Positions 50,806 to 59,941 of a DNA stretch of 64,000 nt are shown here, in pieces. Positions within the stretch are counted from its first letter, which is position 1. The number at the start of each line of letters is the position of its first letter. A model generated the notes under the pieces. It was given only the letters and a program-made list of their open reading frames with translations. It made no database searches and was not told the DNA's origin. Source of the DNA: Verrucomicrobiales bacterium. Lineage in GTDB: Bacteria > Verrucomicrobiota > Verrucomicrobiia > Verrucomicrobiales > V1-33. The stretch is from contig JANOAV010000202.1 in assembly GCA_031411295.1 (NCBI GenBank), positions 32,001 through 96,000 on the forward strand, written 5' to 3'. The translations under genes and the position numbers were made by a program.

Positions 50806-51666
50806 TTATTTGCAGGCTGCCAAACGAATCACGGTTCCGAGCGTGTGACTGGCTCCAGGGGCCAGCTCGATTTCATCCTGCCAGGCATTGGCCGTTTCCA
50901 CGCAGACGAAATGATGATAGTCATCATCCGGCAAATCCGCCAGCCTGCGGGACTTGGCCTCCCACGGGTTCCACACCACCGTGCACTGACTGCCATTTCC
51001 CTCCACCTGCCAGCCACGATCCAAGGCTGAATCGTCCACCTGCAGCTTGCCCGCATGGACATATTCACGATCTACTTCTTCACTAAATGTCACGGCTCCG
51101 ACTTGTCGACAAAGGCGGGGCGGTCCCACTCGATCCTGGTATTCGGCACCATCCAGCCCCTGAATTGCCACCCGATTGATATCTCCCACTGACAAATAGG
51201 AGTGCAGCGCGCTCGTGATGGTTACCGCTGCCGCATCCGTGTTCGTCATGCGCAGCGCCAGCTCCAGTGTTGCTCCCAAGTGCATGACCAACTCCAATTG
51301 GAACGCATGCGGCCAGAGCTGCCGAGTCTCCGCACTATCGGCTAGGATAAATTTGAGCTTCACTCCGATTTCATCCTCCGTGGCCGAAGCCATCTCCCAC
51401 TGACGAGTGCGCACGAAACCATGCAGCGGCAGCGTGGTATCCGTCGGATGGGGACCGAACCACGGCCAGCAAATCGGCACGCCGCCGCGGATTGCTTTGC
51501 CTGCTTCATAGACGGCCTGCGGACTCAGATAAAGTCCCGCGGGTTGCCCCGCCGGAGTCCATTCCATCAAATGCACGCCCTGCAACGCCACGCGGGCGCG
51601 GCAGGTGGAATGCTGAATTTCGAAAATGGGATAGCCAGCGATGGCCTCGGTGCGAACAATACTCAT
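50806..51666 (-). CDS. D-hexose-6-phosphate mutarotase (YeaD/aldose epimerase family)
   Basis: AIRGGVPICWPWFG, HGFVR, ALHSY, VVWNPW, FVCVETA. Confidence 0.9.
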   Translation of the reverse strand: MSIVRTEAIAGYPIFEIQHSTCRARVALQGVHLMEWTPAGQPAGLYLSPQAVYEAGKAIRGGVPICWPWFGPHPTDTTLPLHGFVRTRQWEMASATEDEIGVKLKFILADSAETRQLWPHAFQLELVMHLGATLELALRMTNTDAAAVTITSALHSYLSVGDINRVAIQGLDGAEYQDRVGPPRLCRQVGAVTFSEEVDREYVHAGKLQVDDSALDRGWQVEGNGSQCTVVWNPWEAKSRRLADLPDDDYHHFVCVETANAWQDEIELAPGASHTLGTVIRLAACK

Positions 51667-51718
51667 GCCACCATGTAACATCGGAATCACAAAACCGAAA
51701 GTGGGTTTCTCCAATGTT

Positions 51719-52255
51719 TCAGGCGCGCCAGAGTTGTTTCCAAGCTGCGGCCTCGCCAGGATGCCCCCAGCGCTCTAATTGCTCGTAAACCTTGTCCCGA
51801 GAGGGCTCGCAAACATTTTCCTCAGCCAGTTGCTTTTCGTCTGCCGGGAAATGCGGCAACAGTTCGCAGACCAGAACCCAGCAAGCCCAAGCGCGCCAAG
51901 TTCGCAGGGCTTTCCGGGGTTCCACCATGCGGGTGGCCAGATGCTGATAGTGTCTGCGCGGATTGCCAATGAACTGGTCCGGCCCATGATGCTGCAACAA
52001 CCAAACTACCGCGGCATAGGGCAGGGGCCAGCGTTGCAAAACTTCATCCGTGGCCGCCACCGCCGAACCCAGCGCTCGATTCACCTGCAGCAACGCTTGC
52101 GCTGGCAAGTCCTGCCGCCAGTGGCTCTGCGCATAATTCAGCGCCATTTCATAGAATTCAGCCCCGCGATCCTCCTTGCCGAACGGTTGCAAACAAGCCG
52201 CCGTTAACACCCCCGACGGCACTGGTAAAAACGGGCAGCATTCTGAAGGGGGCAT
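51719..52255 (-). CDS. Hypothetical protein
   Basis: Co-oriented in operon, normal codon usage, FIGNPRRHYQHLATRM core. Confidence 0.65.
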   Translation of the reverse strand: MPPSECCPFLPVPSGVLTAACLQPFGKEDRGAEFYEMALNYAQSHWRQDLPAQALLQVNRALGSAVAATDEVLQRWPLPYAAVVWLLQHHGPDQFIGNPRRHYQHLATRMVEPRKALRTWRAWACWVLVCELLPHFPADEKQLAEENVCEPSRDKVYEQLERWGHPGEAAAWKQLWRA

Positions 52256-52271
52256 GGGGATCAGAGGTAGC

Positions 52272-52922
52272 CTAAAACTCAAACAACTTTCCACTCGAGA
52301 GGGTCACCACGCCAACAAACACCGCAGAAACCATCACGGTGATTGTGAGCAATACGAAAAATTTTCCCAGCGCCTGCAATCCCATTTCTGAGGCCACCGC
52401 CTCCCCGAGCAGTTCTCCATGACGCAGACGATTGGCTCCCAGAATCAAGACCAACCCCATCCAAGTTCCCATCACTCCTTCGAAAATTTCCAGTCCACAG
52501 CGAGCCGCCATCCATCCCAAAGGAGCACTCGCAGCGCTCGCGCCTTCCAAATTATGCGCCTGTTGCTGCCAAACCTTAAACAGGCCGCCCCCGCCCAACA
52601 CCGCCACCACCAAGCATCCCAAGCCCAGCACTAGCAACATTCCACCACAGGTCACCAGCCAGCCATAGCGCCGGGTCAGCGGGCGGGCCACCTGATGGGC
52701 CGCAAAGGACTGCAACTTGGGCGCACTTGGCAATTGGGCGCGACTCACACTGTTCGTGGTGAATAATTCCGGCTTCAGTTCCCCCAGCGCCCTCCAGTCC
52801 CCCGTTCCCTCCGGCCAAACCAAGGATTGCGCACGCAGCAATCCAGCCGCTACCAAATTTGGCAACTGATCTTCAGAGGTCGGAATTTGTTCCTGAGAGT
52901 CGGAGAGAAAATACCAGCGCAT
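52272..52922 (-). CDS. GYF_2 (DUF4339)-domain membrane protein
   Basis: WYF...LVWPEGTGDWRAL N-terminal domain plus three TM segments. Confidence 0.75.
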   Translation of the reverse strand: MRWYFLSDSQEQIPTSEDQLPNLVAAGLLRAQSLVWPEGTGDWRALGELKPELFTTNSVSRAQLPSAPKLQSFAAHQVARPLTRRYGWLVTCGGMLLVLGLGCLVVAVLGGGGLFKVWQQQAHNLEGASAASAPLGWMAARCGLEIFEGVMGTWMGLVLILGANRLRHGELLGEAVASEMGLQALGKFFVLLTITVMVSAVFVGVVTLSSGKLFEF

Positions 52923-53102
52923 GGGAGAAGGTGGACGAAAAATAATTGGGTCTGAAGGGTGAGTGGGCTCATAGCACGCGGCAATCGCAGGTGCAAGCCC
53001 ACGTCTACCGCTGGGCAGTGCAGAGCAAGCGCCATCAGATGCATATTTTCGTTTGCAAAAAAAGAGAGTGCTCGCAGATTATAGATTCTTCGACGAAGTC
53101 AC

Positions 53103-53175
<73 letters not shown>

Positions 53176-53231
53176 TCTTCGTCCTCTGCCAGTGCGGCAG
53201 CAATTTCTCCAACCGACCTTAGTTTAACGGT

Positions 53232-53987
53232 ATGCGCTCTTTTCTCTTAGTGCTTTGGATTTGGTGTTCTACGCTTGGTCCCGCCAAGGCCGCCCCATCC
53301 ACCTCCCGCCTGGCCCGTCCTGGAGATTATGTCATCGTGGTGCACGGTCTCGCTTGGCTGCGGGATACCCTCAAGCCCACCGTGAGACACTTGGAGGACC
53401 AAGGCTATCAAGTGATCCGTTTCAAATATGACTCCCGCAAGGCGCTGGACGAAGCAGCCCTAGCCGCCGAGCTATCCCATTTGTTAAAGCAAAATTGCCC
53501 GGATCCCACGAAACGGATTCACTTTGTGGCCCATTCCATGGGCACCATCGTCACGCGCTCGTTTCTCAATCACCAGACGCTGCCAAATCTTGGCCAAGTC
53601 GTGCTCCTGGCCCCTCCCAGTCAAGGCACGGAGTTGGCAGACCTCATCGGCAAGAGTAGATTTCTCCAGGAAATTTTCGGACGCGGAGCCCCGGCCCTCG
53701 GAACTACCCCGGACTGCCTGCCCTGCCGCCTGAGTCCCCCCACCTATGGCCCGGGCATCATTATGGGAGACCGCAGCATGTTTTGGCTGACCTCCTGGAT
53801 CCTGCCGGGCCCGGACGATGGCATCATCCCCGTCGAACGCGGTAAACTCCCCGGGATGGCAGACTTCATCGTCGTTCCCGCAAATCATATCAGATTGCCT
53901 GGCAACGACAACGCCTTGCGGCAAATCGATTCTTTTCTCCAAACTGGTGGCTTCACCCCACCGCAAAATTTCGCCCAGGATACTTAA
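53232..53987 (+). CDS. Secreted alpha/beta hydrolase (lipase/esterase-like)
   Basis: VVHGL, AHSMG nucleophile elbow, DDGIIP, catalytic His region. Confidence 0.85.
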   Translation: MRSFLLVLWIWCSTLGPAKAAPSTSRLARPGDYVIVVHGLAWLRDTLKPTVRHLEDQGYQVIRFKYDSRKALDEAALAAELSHLLKQNCPDPTKRIHFVAHSMGTIVTRSFLNHQTLPNLGQVVLLAPPSQGTELADLIGKSRFLQEIFGRGAPALGTTPDCLPCRLSPPTYGPGIIMGDRSMFWLTSWILPGPDDGIIPVERGKLPGMADFIVVPANHIRLPGNDNALRQIDSFLQTGGFTPPQNFAQDT

Positions 53988-54053
53988 ATTCTGGCATTGC
54001 CTTTCGGCCAGTAGCTGAACATACTTAAGAGAAATTAACTTTCTCACCATCCG

Positions 54054-55172
54054 ATGTCCCAAATTAAGATCGACTGTCCCCGCTGTGACCAATCCACTAA
54101 CGTGGACATGGATCAACGTCTGACTGGCCAGCGTTGTGAACATTGCGGATCCTTCCTCTACAGCGCAGACACTGGCGTCAAGCTCGACGTGGCAAGCCGC
54201 AAAGTGCGGCGCAAACAATGGCACAGTATCACCGGGACCGCCGTCCGGGACTTGGAAAACGAAACCATCGACACCACCGATGCCTTCCAGCGGCGGGGTT
54301 GGCAGGCTTGGTATATGCCGACCTTCATCGTTGGACTCGTCGCGATGATCGCGATGATCACCTTTCTCGTGCGACGGCAACGTGCAGAAAGCCGCTTGGA
54401 ACAGAATGCCGAAGCCATTTCAGGCCTGCAAACCTCCCTGCAGAAAGCGGAGCGCGACACCAACAACCTCGTTCCCGCCCAAGTCAAAGACACGACCCCG
54501 CCACCCGAATGGGCAAAGCAAGCGCGCGACATTTCCTCACAATTCCTCCGCGCCACAACTGCTGCCGAGATTCTTCCCTTGGTGCGAAACCGGGCATCGT
54601 TCGTTAAGCAAATCGAGGCCTACGCCTCCAAACCAGGCAACCTTCCCATCGCCAAAGCGGGTGTCCTCGACATCGTTTACGCTCCAGAAGAGGCTGGTAA
54701 AACCGGAACCTTGGCGATGTTGTTTTTCGAAAATAATGAGCAACACGTGCAAGGCTTGGTCCTGGCCGATACCCCAGAGGGCCTGTTGGTGGACTGGCCC
54801 AGCTTCTCCGGTGAGGGAGATATGAGCATCGCAGAGTTCCTCGAAAAGAAACCCACGGAACCCACGCTCCTCCGGGTGGCCGCGCGTTTGGACGATTACT
54901 ACAATTTCGAATACCAAAATCGTGATCTCGTGACCTGCGTCCGTCTGACTGATTATCCCGAAACCGTTTACTTCTATGGCTACGTGCTGCGGTCGATGCC
55001 TCAGCTAAAAAGTCGGATTGAACACCTCCCCACCCAAAACCACGGCTCCGCCGAGGATCTGCAAACCAAACCGCAGCCGCTGACCATCAAAGCCCGTTTC
55101 CATGCGGGCACCCGCTCGGAGAATCAGGTGGAAATTACCGAGATCATCGGCAACGGATGGTTCGTGCGCTAG
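54054..55172 (+). CDS. Hypothetical Zn-ribbon / single-TM protein
   Basis: CPRC..CEHC, one TM, C-terminal VDWPSF..DDYYNF domain. Confidence 0.75.
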   Translation: MSQIKIDCPRCDQSTNVDMDQRLTGQRCEHCGSFLYSADTGVKLDVASRKVRRKQWHSITGTAVRDLENETIDTTDAFQRRGWQAWYMPTFIVGLVAMIAMITFLVRRQRAESRLEQNAEAISGLQTSLQKAERDTNNLVPAQVKDTTPPPEWAKQARDISSQFLRATTAAEILPLVRNRASFVKQIEAYASKPGNLPIAKAGVLDIVYAPEEAGKTGTLAMLFFENNEQHVQGLVLADTPEGLLVDWPSFSGEGDMSIAEFLEKKPTEPTLLRVAARLDDYYNFEYQNRDLVTCVRLTDYPETVYFYGYVLRSMPQLKSRIEHLPTQNHGSAEDLQTKPQPLTIKARFHAGTRSENQVEITEIIGNGWFVR

Positions 55173-55200
55173 CAACTAACGGCATTTTTCAGCTCCACCC

Positions 55201-55830
55201 ATGCGCCTCATCTGGCTCTTCCTCCTCCTCGCAGTCCTCGTGCTCGTGCCATTCCTGATTTGGGGTGAACATCTCATGACCCGATTCGAAGGGCCCGGAG
55301 CAGAACAGTGGCTCCTCAGCCTGGGGCGCTGGGCGTGGCTGGCCGCCATCGGCCTGCTCATCGCGGATCTTTTTCTCCCCCTGCCCGCCACCCCCATCAT
55401 GAGCGCCCTTGGCCTGATCTACGGCCCTTGGTTAGGCGGAACCATCGGAGCCACGGGGGCATTTCTTTCCGGCTGTCTGGCCTATTTCCTCTGCCGCCAA
55501 GTAGGCGAGCGGGCGGCCCTGAAATTACTGGGCGAGCAGGATTTGCAGCGCGGCCGGGCCTTGTTTGCCAAGTCTGGCGGCTGGATCATCGCCCTCACCC
55601 GCTGGGTCCCCATTCTGCCGGAAGTCACCAGTTGCATGGCCGGATTAACCCGCATGCCCTTGGGGAAATTCCTCCTCGCCCTCGCCTGCGGTTGCCTCCC
55701 CATGGCGTTTACCTTCGCCTGGATCGGAGCCAGCGGCATGGAGCATCCCGGCTGGGCTCTCGGACTCAGCGCGGCCCTGCCCGTGCTCTTCTGGGGCATC
55801 ACCTCGGCGGTGTTCCGGCGGCATCCCTAA
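55201..55830 (+). CDS. DedA/TVP38 (VTT) family membrane protein
   Basis: PLPATPI...YGPWLGG, TRWVPILPE, AGLTRM. Confidence 0.88.
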   Translation: MRLIWLFLLLAVLVLVPFLIWGEHLMTRFEGPGAEQWLLSLGRWAWLAAIGLLIADLFLPLPATPIMSALGLIYGPWLGGTIGATGAFLSGCLAYFLCRQVGERAALKLLGEQDLQRGRALFAKSGGWIIALTRWVPILPEVTSCMAGLTRMPLGKFLLALACGCLPMAFTFAWIGASGMEHPGWALGLSAALPVLFWGITSAVFRRHP

Positions 55831-55836
55831 CGGCAC

Positions 55837-56658
55837 TTATTCCACCGCATTCTCCAGCACGCCGAGACCCTCAATCTCAATTCTCACCACGTCGCCATGC
55901 TCCAAGGTCCACGTGCCTGGCGGCACCACTCCGGTGCCAGTGAAGAGATACGCCCCCACCGAAAATTCATTTTCCCGAAACAGCCAATCCGCTAATTCCT
56001 GGGGCTGCCGCTTCAACTGACTCAAAGCCGTCGCGCCTGCAAAAACCTCCGTTCCCGCCCGCGTAACCGCAATGCCGATCTTGGTCGTTACCGGCAGCGG
56101 ATCGCACACGGTAAGCCACGGCCCTAACGAACACGAACCGCGATAAACTTTCGCCTGCGGTAAATAGAGCGGATTCTCCCCTTCGATATCCCGGCTGCTC
56201 ATGTCATTGCCAATGGCATAGCCGAAAATTTTCCCCTCACAATTAATCGCCAACACCAACTCCGGTTCCGGCACACTCCAAGTAGCATCCTCGCGAATCC
56301 TCACCAGCGCGCCAGTTCCCCGCACCCTTGGAGCCGTCGCCTTGAAAAACAATTCAGGACGATCCGCATCATAGACCAAATGATAGAAGCGATCCCCCCC
56401 CGAGTCCGCACTCTCCTCCATCCGCGCCTCCCGGCTGCGGAAATAGGTCACCCCTGCGGCCCAGACCTCCTGACTCCCGATCGGAGCGGGCAAAACCGCG
56501 GGGAATTCCGCCACGGAGGCGTGAGCCAAACCCTCGGCCAGATAAGCCGCTGGTTCCGCTTGTCGAAATAGCTCATCAACACTGGCACCAGCCAGCAAAT
56601 ACCCCACGCCTTGCGAGCGCACCGCCAGACCACCAGAAACAGGAATCACTTGATACAT
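55837..56658 (-). CDS. Fumarylacetoacetate hydrolase family protein (2-keto-3-deoxy-pentonate dehydratase-like)
   Basis: [46 protein letters not shown]. Confidence 0.88.
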   Translation of the reverse strand: MYQVIPVSGGLAVRSQGVGYLLAGASVDELFRQAEPAAYLAEGLAHASVAEFPAVLPAPIGSQEVWAAGVTYFRSREARMEESADSGGDRFYHLVYDADRPELFFKATAPRVRGTGALVRIREDATWSVPEPELVLAINCEGKIFGYAIGNDMSSRDIEGENPLYLPQAKVYRGSCSLGPWLTVCDPLPVTTKIGIAVTRAGTEVFAGATALSQLKRQPQELADWLFRENEFSVGAYLFTGTGVVPPGTWTLEHGDVVRIEIEGLGVLENAVE

Positions 56659-56932
56659 AGGCCCCAGCTAAAGCATAACCCCACCATCTGCCAAGCAATA
56701 AGGCCACCCCCGGAGCAGAAAATTCCGGGTTGCCTTGGCACTCGCATCCACGATTCTTCCCCGCCCGTAAAACCGCTTTTACAAATCTCCCAAGTGCCGA
56801 TTCGTATCGCCCACCGCATCACCCGGAATTCTGCTTTTGTTTTTCGAGAAAGGGTTTAAAACGACGCTTTCCTTTTCCTCCAAATTTCAAATAATGATTT
56901 TCACCCCTCGATTATTCGAAGACGAACCCATC

Positions 56933-57559
56933 ATGAGCACGCCGCATCGCTATCGCGCCTTCCTCATCTTTGGCGCCCCTGGCTGTGGCAAGGGCACTCA
57001 AGGTGCCATCCTCGGTCGCATTCCGCGGTTCACTCACTGTGCCTGTGGGGATGTTTTCCGGTCCTTGGACACCCGCACCCCGCTGGGTCAGCAATTCGTA
57101 GCCTATTCCAGCCGTGGGGAGTTGGTGCCGGATGACCTGACGGTGAAATTATGGAAGGCCAACATCAAGAGCCGGGAAGATAGCCACTTGTTCAAGCCGG
57201 ACATCGATTTCCTCATTCTCGACGGCATTCCCCGTAATGTGGAACAGGCGAAAATCATGGAAGACCACATCGAAGTCTTCCAAGTGTTCCATCTGTCCTG
57301 TCCTAATCGTCAGGAACTTTATCGTCGCCTGCGCAAACGAGCCCTCAAGGAAAATCGCCTCGATGACGCGAGCGATGAAGTCATTGCCCGTCGCCTCAAG
57401 ACTTACGAAGACGAATCCAAGCCGTTGCTGGATTACTACTCCTCGAATCTGGTCACAGACATCGACGCCTCCCAGCACCCCGCGCGGGTCTTCCACGATA
57501 TTCTTTCCAAGATCCTCAGCTTGCCGCAATGGCAGGATGCATCGGAAACGATTTACTAG
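56933..57559 (+). CDS. adk: Adenylate/nucleoside monophosphate kinase, short-LID type
   Basis: GAPGCGKGTQ, GELVPD, LDGIPRN, RLDD. Confidence 0.82.
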   Translation: MSTPHRYRAFLIFGAPGCGKGTQGAILGRIPRFTHCACGDVFRSLDTRTPLGQQFVAYSSRGELVPDDLTVKLWKANIKSREDSHLFKPDIDFLILDGIPRNVEQAKIMEDHIEVFQVFHLSCPNRQELYRRLRKRALKENRLDDASDEVIARRLKTYEDESKPLLDYYSSNLVTDIDASQHPARVFHDILSKILSLPQWQDASETIY

Positions 57560-57571
57560 CAGTTCGCTCGC

Positions 57572-58516
57572 ATGAAAATTGTCTTTCTCGGCACGGGTGA
57601 AATCGGTCTGCCCAGCCTGCGGTATTTGCTGGGAAATGCCGACCACCAATTGGTGGCGGTCGTGACGCAGCCTGACAAACCGGTCGGCCGGAAAATGGTG
57701 CTGACGCCGCCCGCCGTGAAAGTGCTGGCGCAGGAGGCTGGCGTGCCGGTGTTTCAGCCGGAGAAGATCCGTGATTTCGTCGCACCGCTCCAAGCCTTGG
57801 GAGCAGATCTATTTGTCGTCGTGGCCTACGGCCAACTCTTGACCCAGGCCGTGTTAGATATTCCCCGGATCGCCTGCATCAACCTCCACGCCTCCCTGTT
57901 GCCAAAGCACCGGGGCGCGTCCCCCATCCAGGCCGCCATTCTCGCAGGTGATGCCGAGACGGCCATGACCGTGATGTTTATTTCGTTGGGATTAGATAGT
58001 GGCGATGTCCTGCTCGCAGAGAAAATTTCCCTAACATCACAGGAAACCGGCGGCTCCCTGCATGATCGGCTGGCGGAAATCGGGCCTGCGGCATTAGCCA
58101 AGGCCCTGCCGCTGCTGGCCACTGGTCAGGCCCCGCGCACCCCGCAGGATCCGGCCTTAGTCACCCACTGTCGTAAACTTCTGCGGGAGCATGGGGTCAT
58201 CGACTGGAGTCTGCCCGCGTTGGAATTGGAACGTCGCATCCGCGCCTTCGATCCCTGGCCTAGCACCAGTTCGCAGCTCTCGATGCTAGATGGCAGCCGG
58301 AAATTGCTCAAGCTTTTCCCTCCAGTGGAGATTGGATCTCCGCAACCATCAGCGGCTCCGGGCACGGTCCTTTCCGCTGATGCCAATGGACTTGTGGTCG
58401 CTTGCGGGCAGGGTGCTTTGACCTTTCACCACCTGCAACTCGAAGGGAAACGCCGCATGACGGCGGGAGAATTCCTCGCTGGCACCACGGTGGCTCCGGG
58501 CACGTTACTCGGCTAG
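57572..58516 (+). CDS. fmt: Methionyl-tRNA formyltransferase
   Basis: VVTQPDKPVGR, VVAYGQ, INLHASLLP..RGASPI, IRAFDPWP, QLEGKRRM. Confidence 0.96.
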   Translation: MKIVFLGTGEIGLPSLRYLLGNADHQLVAVVTQPDKPVGRKMVLTPPAVKVLAQEAGVPVFQPEKIRDFVAPLQALGADLFVVVAYGQLLTQAVLDIPRIACINLHASLLPKHRGASPIQAAILAGDAETAMTVMFISLGLDSGDVLLAEKISLTSQETGGSLHDRLAEIGPAALAKALPLLATGQAPRTPQDPALVTHCRKLLREHGVIDWSLPALELERRIRAFDPWPSTSSQLSMLDGSRKLLKLFPPVEIGSPQPSAAPGTVLSADANGLVVACGQGALTFHHLQLEGKRRMTAGEFLAGTTVAPGTLLG

Positions 58517-58525
58517 CCCGTTCCA

Positions 58526-59731
58526 CTACTCACCGAATCCCCTGCGGAGCCGACGCCAGAGTCGGCGGTGCCACCAGGATCCAGCTTCCAGGGTGCTTTG
58601 GATCTGCTGGAGCCGCTTGGTTTCGCGAGCAGCGGTTTGTTGCCATTTCTCCGCTCTGGCGGCGGCGGATTCCTTTTGCTCTACCAGGCTCAAACGCTTC
58701 TCGTCCACTTCCTTAATCCGTTGCGCCAGACTCAGGAGGTAGCTGGCGATTTCAGCGGCCTCGGCGTTGGCGGTTTCCAGGGTTGGTTCGCCCCCCGCTT
58801 GTTGGGCGGCTATCACGAACGCATAGTGTTCGAGCAATGCCGCCACGGTGCGATCCAACGTTGCTTCGCTGCGAATGCGAGCGGTCACGGCGGTGGTCTC
58901 AGTGCGATCTATCACCCTGAGTTCCGCCAGGATTTGTTCAGCCGTGATGTGTGGATCACTCGTTTCCGCTGTGAAATTACGATCCACCATTTCCTCGTAA
59001 TTTCCCGGATGGATTCTCTGCGCGGCTTGTTCCTTGGTAACGGGAATGACGGTGCAGCCGCAGGCCATGGCTTCAATGCCGGATCTGCCGCCGGCAAAAA
59101 CGACATCGTAATTTAGGAGATCAATTTCCGGCTGGTTAGTCAATTTACCGAACCGCACGCCCACTCCGTCCAGCTGCAATCCCTGGGTCTCGCAAGCTTG
59201 GCGAATGGCGGCAAAGGGCTTCCCTTGAGGCTCCATCGTGTTGTGAAATACCGCGGCCCGCTGGGTGCGCAAGTCGGCAGGGCGGACTTGGGAAAATTTC
59301 GCGGGATCGAAGAAATTCCGCACCGTGCCCACCTCCTCAGCGGTCACGCCGCACGCAGCACCTATCCATGGACCAAAACGCGGAGAAGTGCCCAGATACT
59401 TTCGCAGGCGAGGATGCTTCGGGGGCTGTTCCTCCCAAGGAGTAGCCCCGTGCAGGAAATAGATTCCCGGCACCCCGGGCCAGCGGGCCAGCGCAGCCAT
59501 CGTTTCCAAATGATGCTGTCCATGAATTACGTCTGGCTGGAAGGGACACGCCGCGGGATCCTGCACGAAGGATAGTCCCGCCGCCTCAACCGCTTCGGAG
59601 ATGGCACCCGTGAGCGTGCTGAAAAGACAAACGTCATGCCCGCGTGCCTGCAGCGCGAGCCCGATTTCCAGTGCGAACAATTCACTGCCGCCCCGCTCTT
59701 TGAGTTGATGATTGGTGATGAGGATCTTCAT
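58526..59731 (-). CDS. GT-B (family 4-like) glycosyltransferase with C-terminal coiled coil
   Basis: MKILITN..GGSE, PDVIHGQH, GRSGIEAMACG. Confidence 0.82.
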   Translation of the reverse strand: MKILITNHQLKERGGSELFALEIGLALQARGHDVCLFSTLTGAISEAVEAAGLSFVQDPAACPFQPDVIHGQHHLETMAALARWPGVPGIYFLHGATPWEEQPPKHPRLRKYLGTSPRFGPWIGAACGVTAEEVGTVRNFFDPAKFSQVRPADLRTQRAAVFHNTMEPQGKPFAAIRQACETQGLQLDGVGVRFGKLTNQPEIDLLNYDVVFAGGRSGIEAMACGCTVIPVTKEQAAQRIHPGNYEEMVDRNFTAETSDPHITAEQILAELRVIDRTETTAVTARIRSEATLDRTVAALLEHYAFVIAAQQAGGEPTLETANAEAAEIASYLLSLAQRIKEVDEKRLSLVEQKESAAARAEKWQQTAARETKRLQQIQSTLEAGSWWHRRLWRRLRRGFGE

Positions 59732-59775
59732 GCCGCAGTCAGCTTACGTCCAATTTCCGGGAACGGTAGAGAAAT

Positions 59776-59898
59776 CCGGTCTCGTGACCTCGTCCTCCAC
59801 AGGGCGGCGAACAATGTGGAGGGCGACGTTGGGAGACCGGGAACAGGCTGGGTGGATTCAGCCTAGCGTGGTGCTGGTCTCGTGACCTCGCCCTCCAC
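59776..59898. repeat. REP-like cluster: three ~23-bp copies (two direct, one inverted)
   Basis: GGTCTCGTGACCTCGTCCTCCAC (59778-59800), inverted GTGGAGGGCGACGTTGGGAGACC (59816-59838), GGTCTCGTGACCTCGCCCTCCAC (59876-59898). Confidence 0.75.
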
Positions 59899-59903
59899 GG
59901 GGT

Positions 59904-59938
59904 GCTGCGGTTGAGGCAGCCGCAGCCACTTTCTTTTT
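59904..59938 (+). terminator. GC-rich hairpin followed by T-tract
   Basis: GCTGCGGTT-gaggc-AGCCGCAGC then TTTCTTTTT; abuts the 3' end of the large minus-strand gene. Confidence 0.5.
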
Positions 59939-59941
59939 GTC

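Noticed and set aside
52962..53000. Hairpin upstream of the GYF-domain gene as an ncRNA
   Set aside because: Coincides with a plausible minus-strand TTGCAC-N17-TATGAG promoter, and the stems are short.
59776..59898. Possible mini-CRISPR array
   Set aside because: Only three copies in mixed orientation, irregular spacing and no cas genes; fits REP instead.
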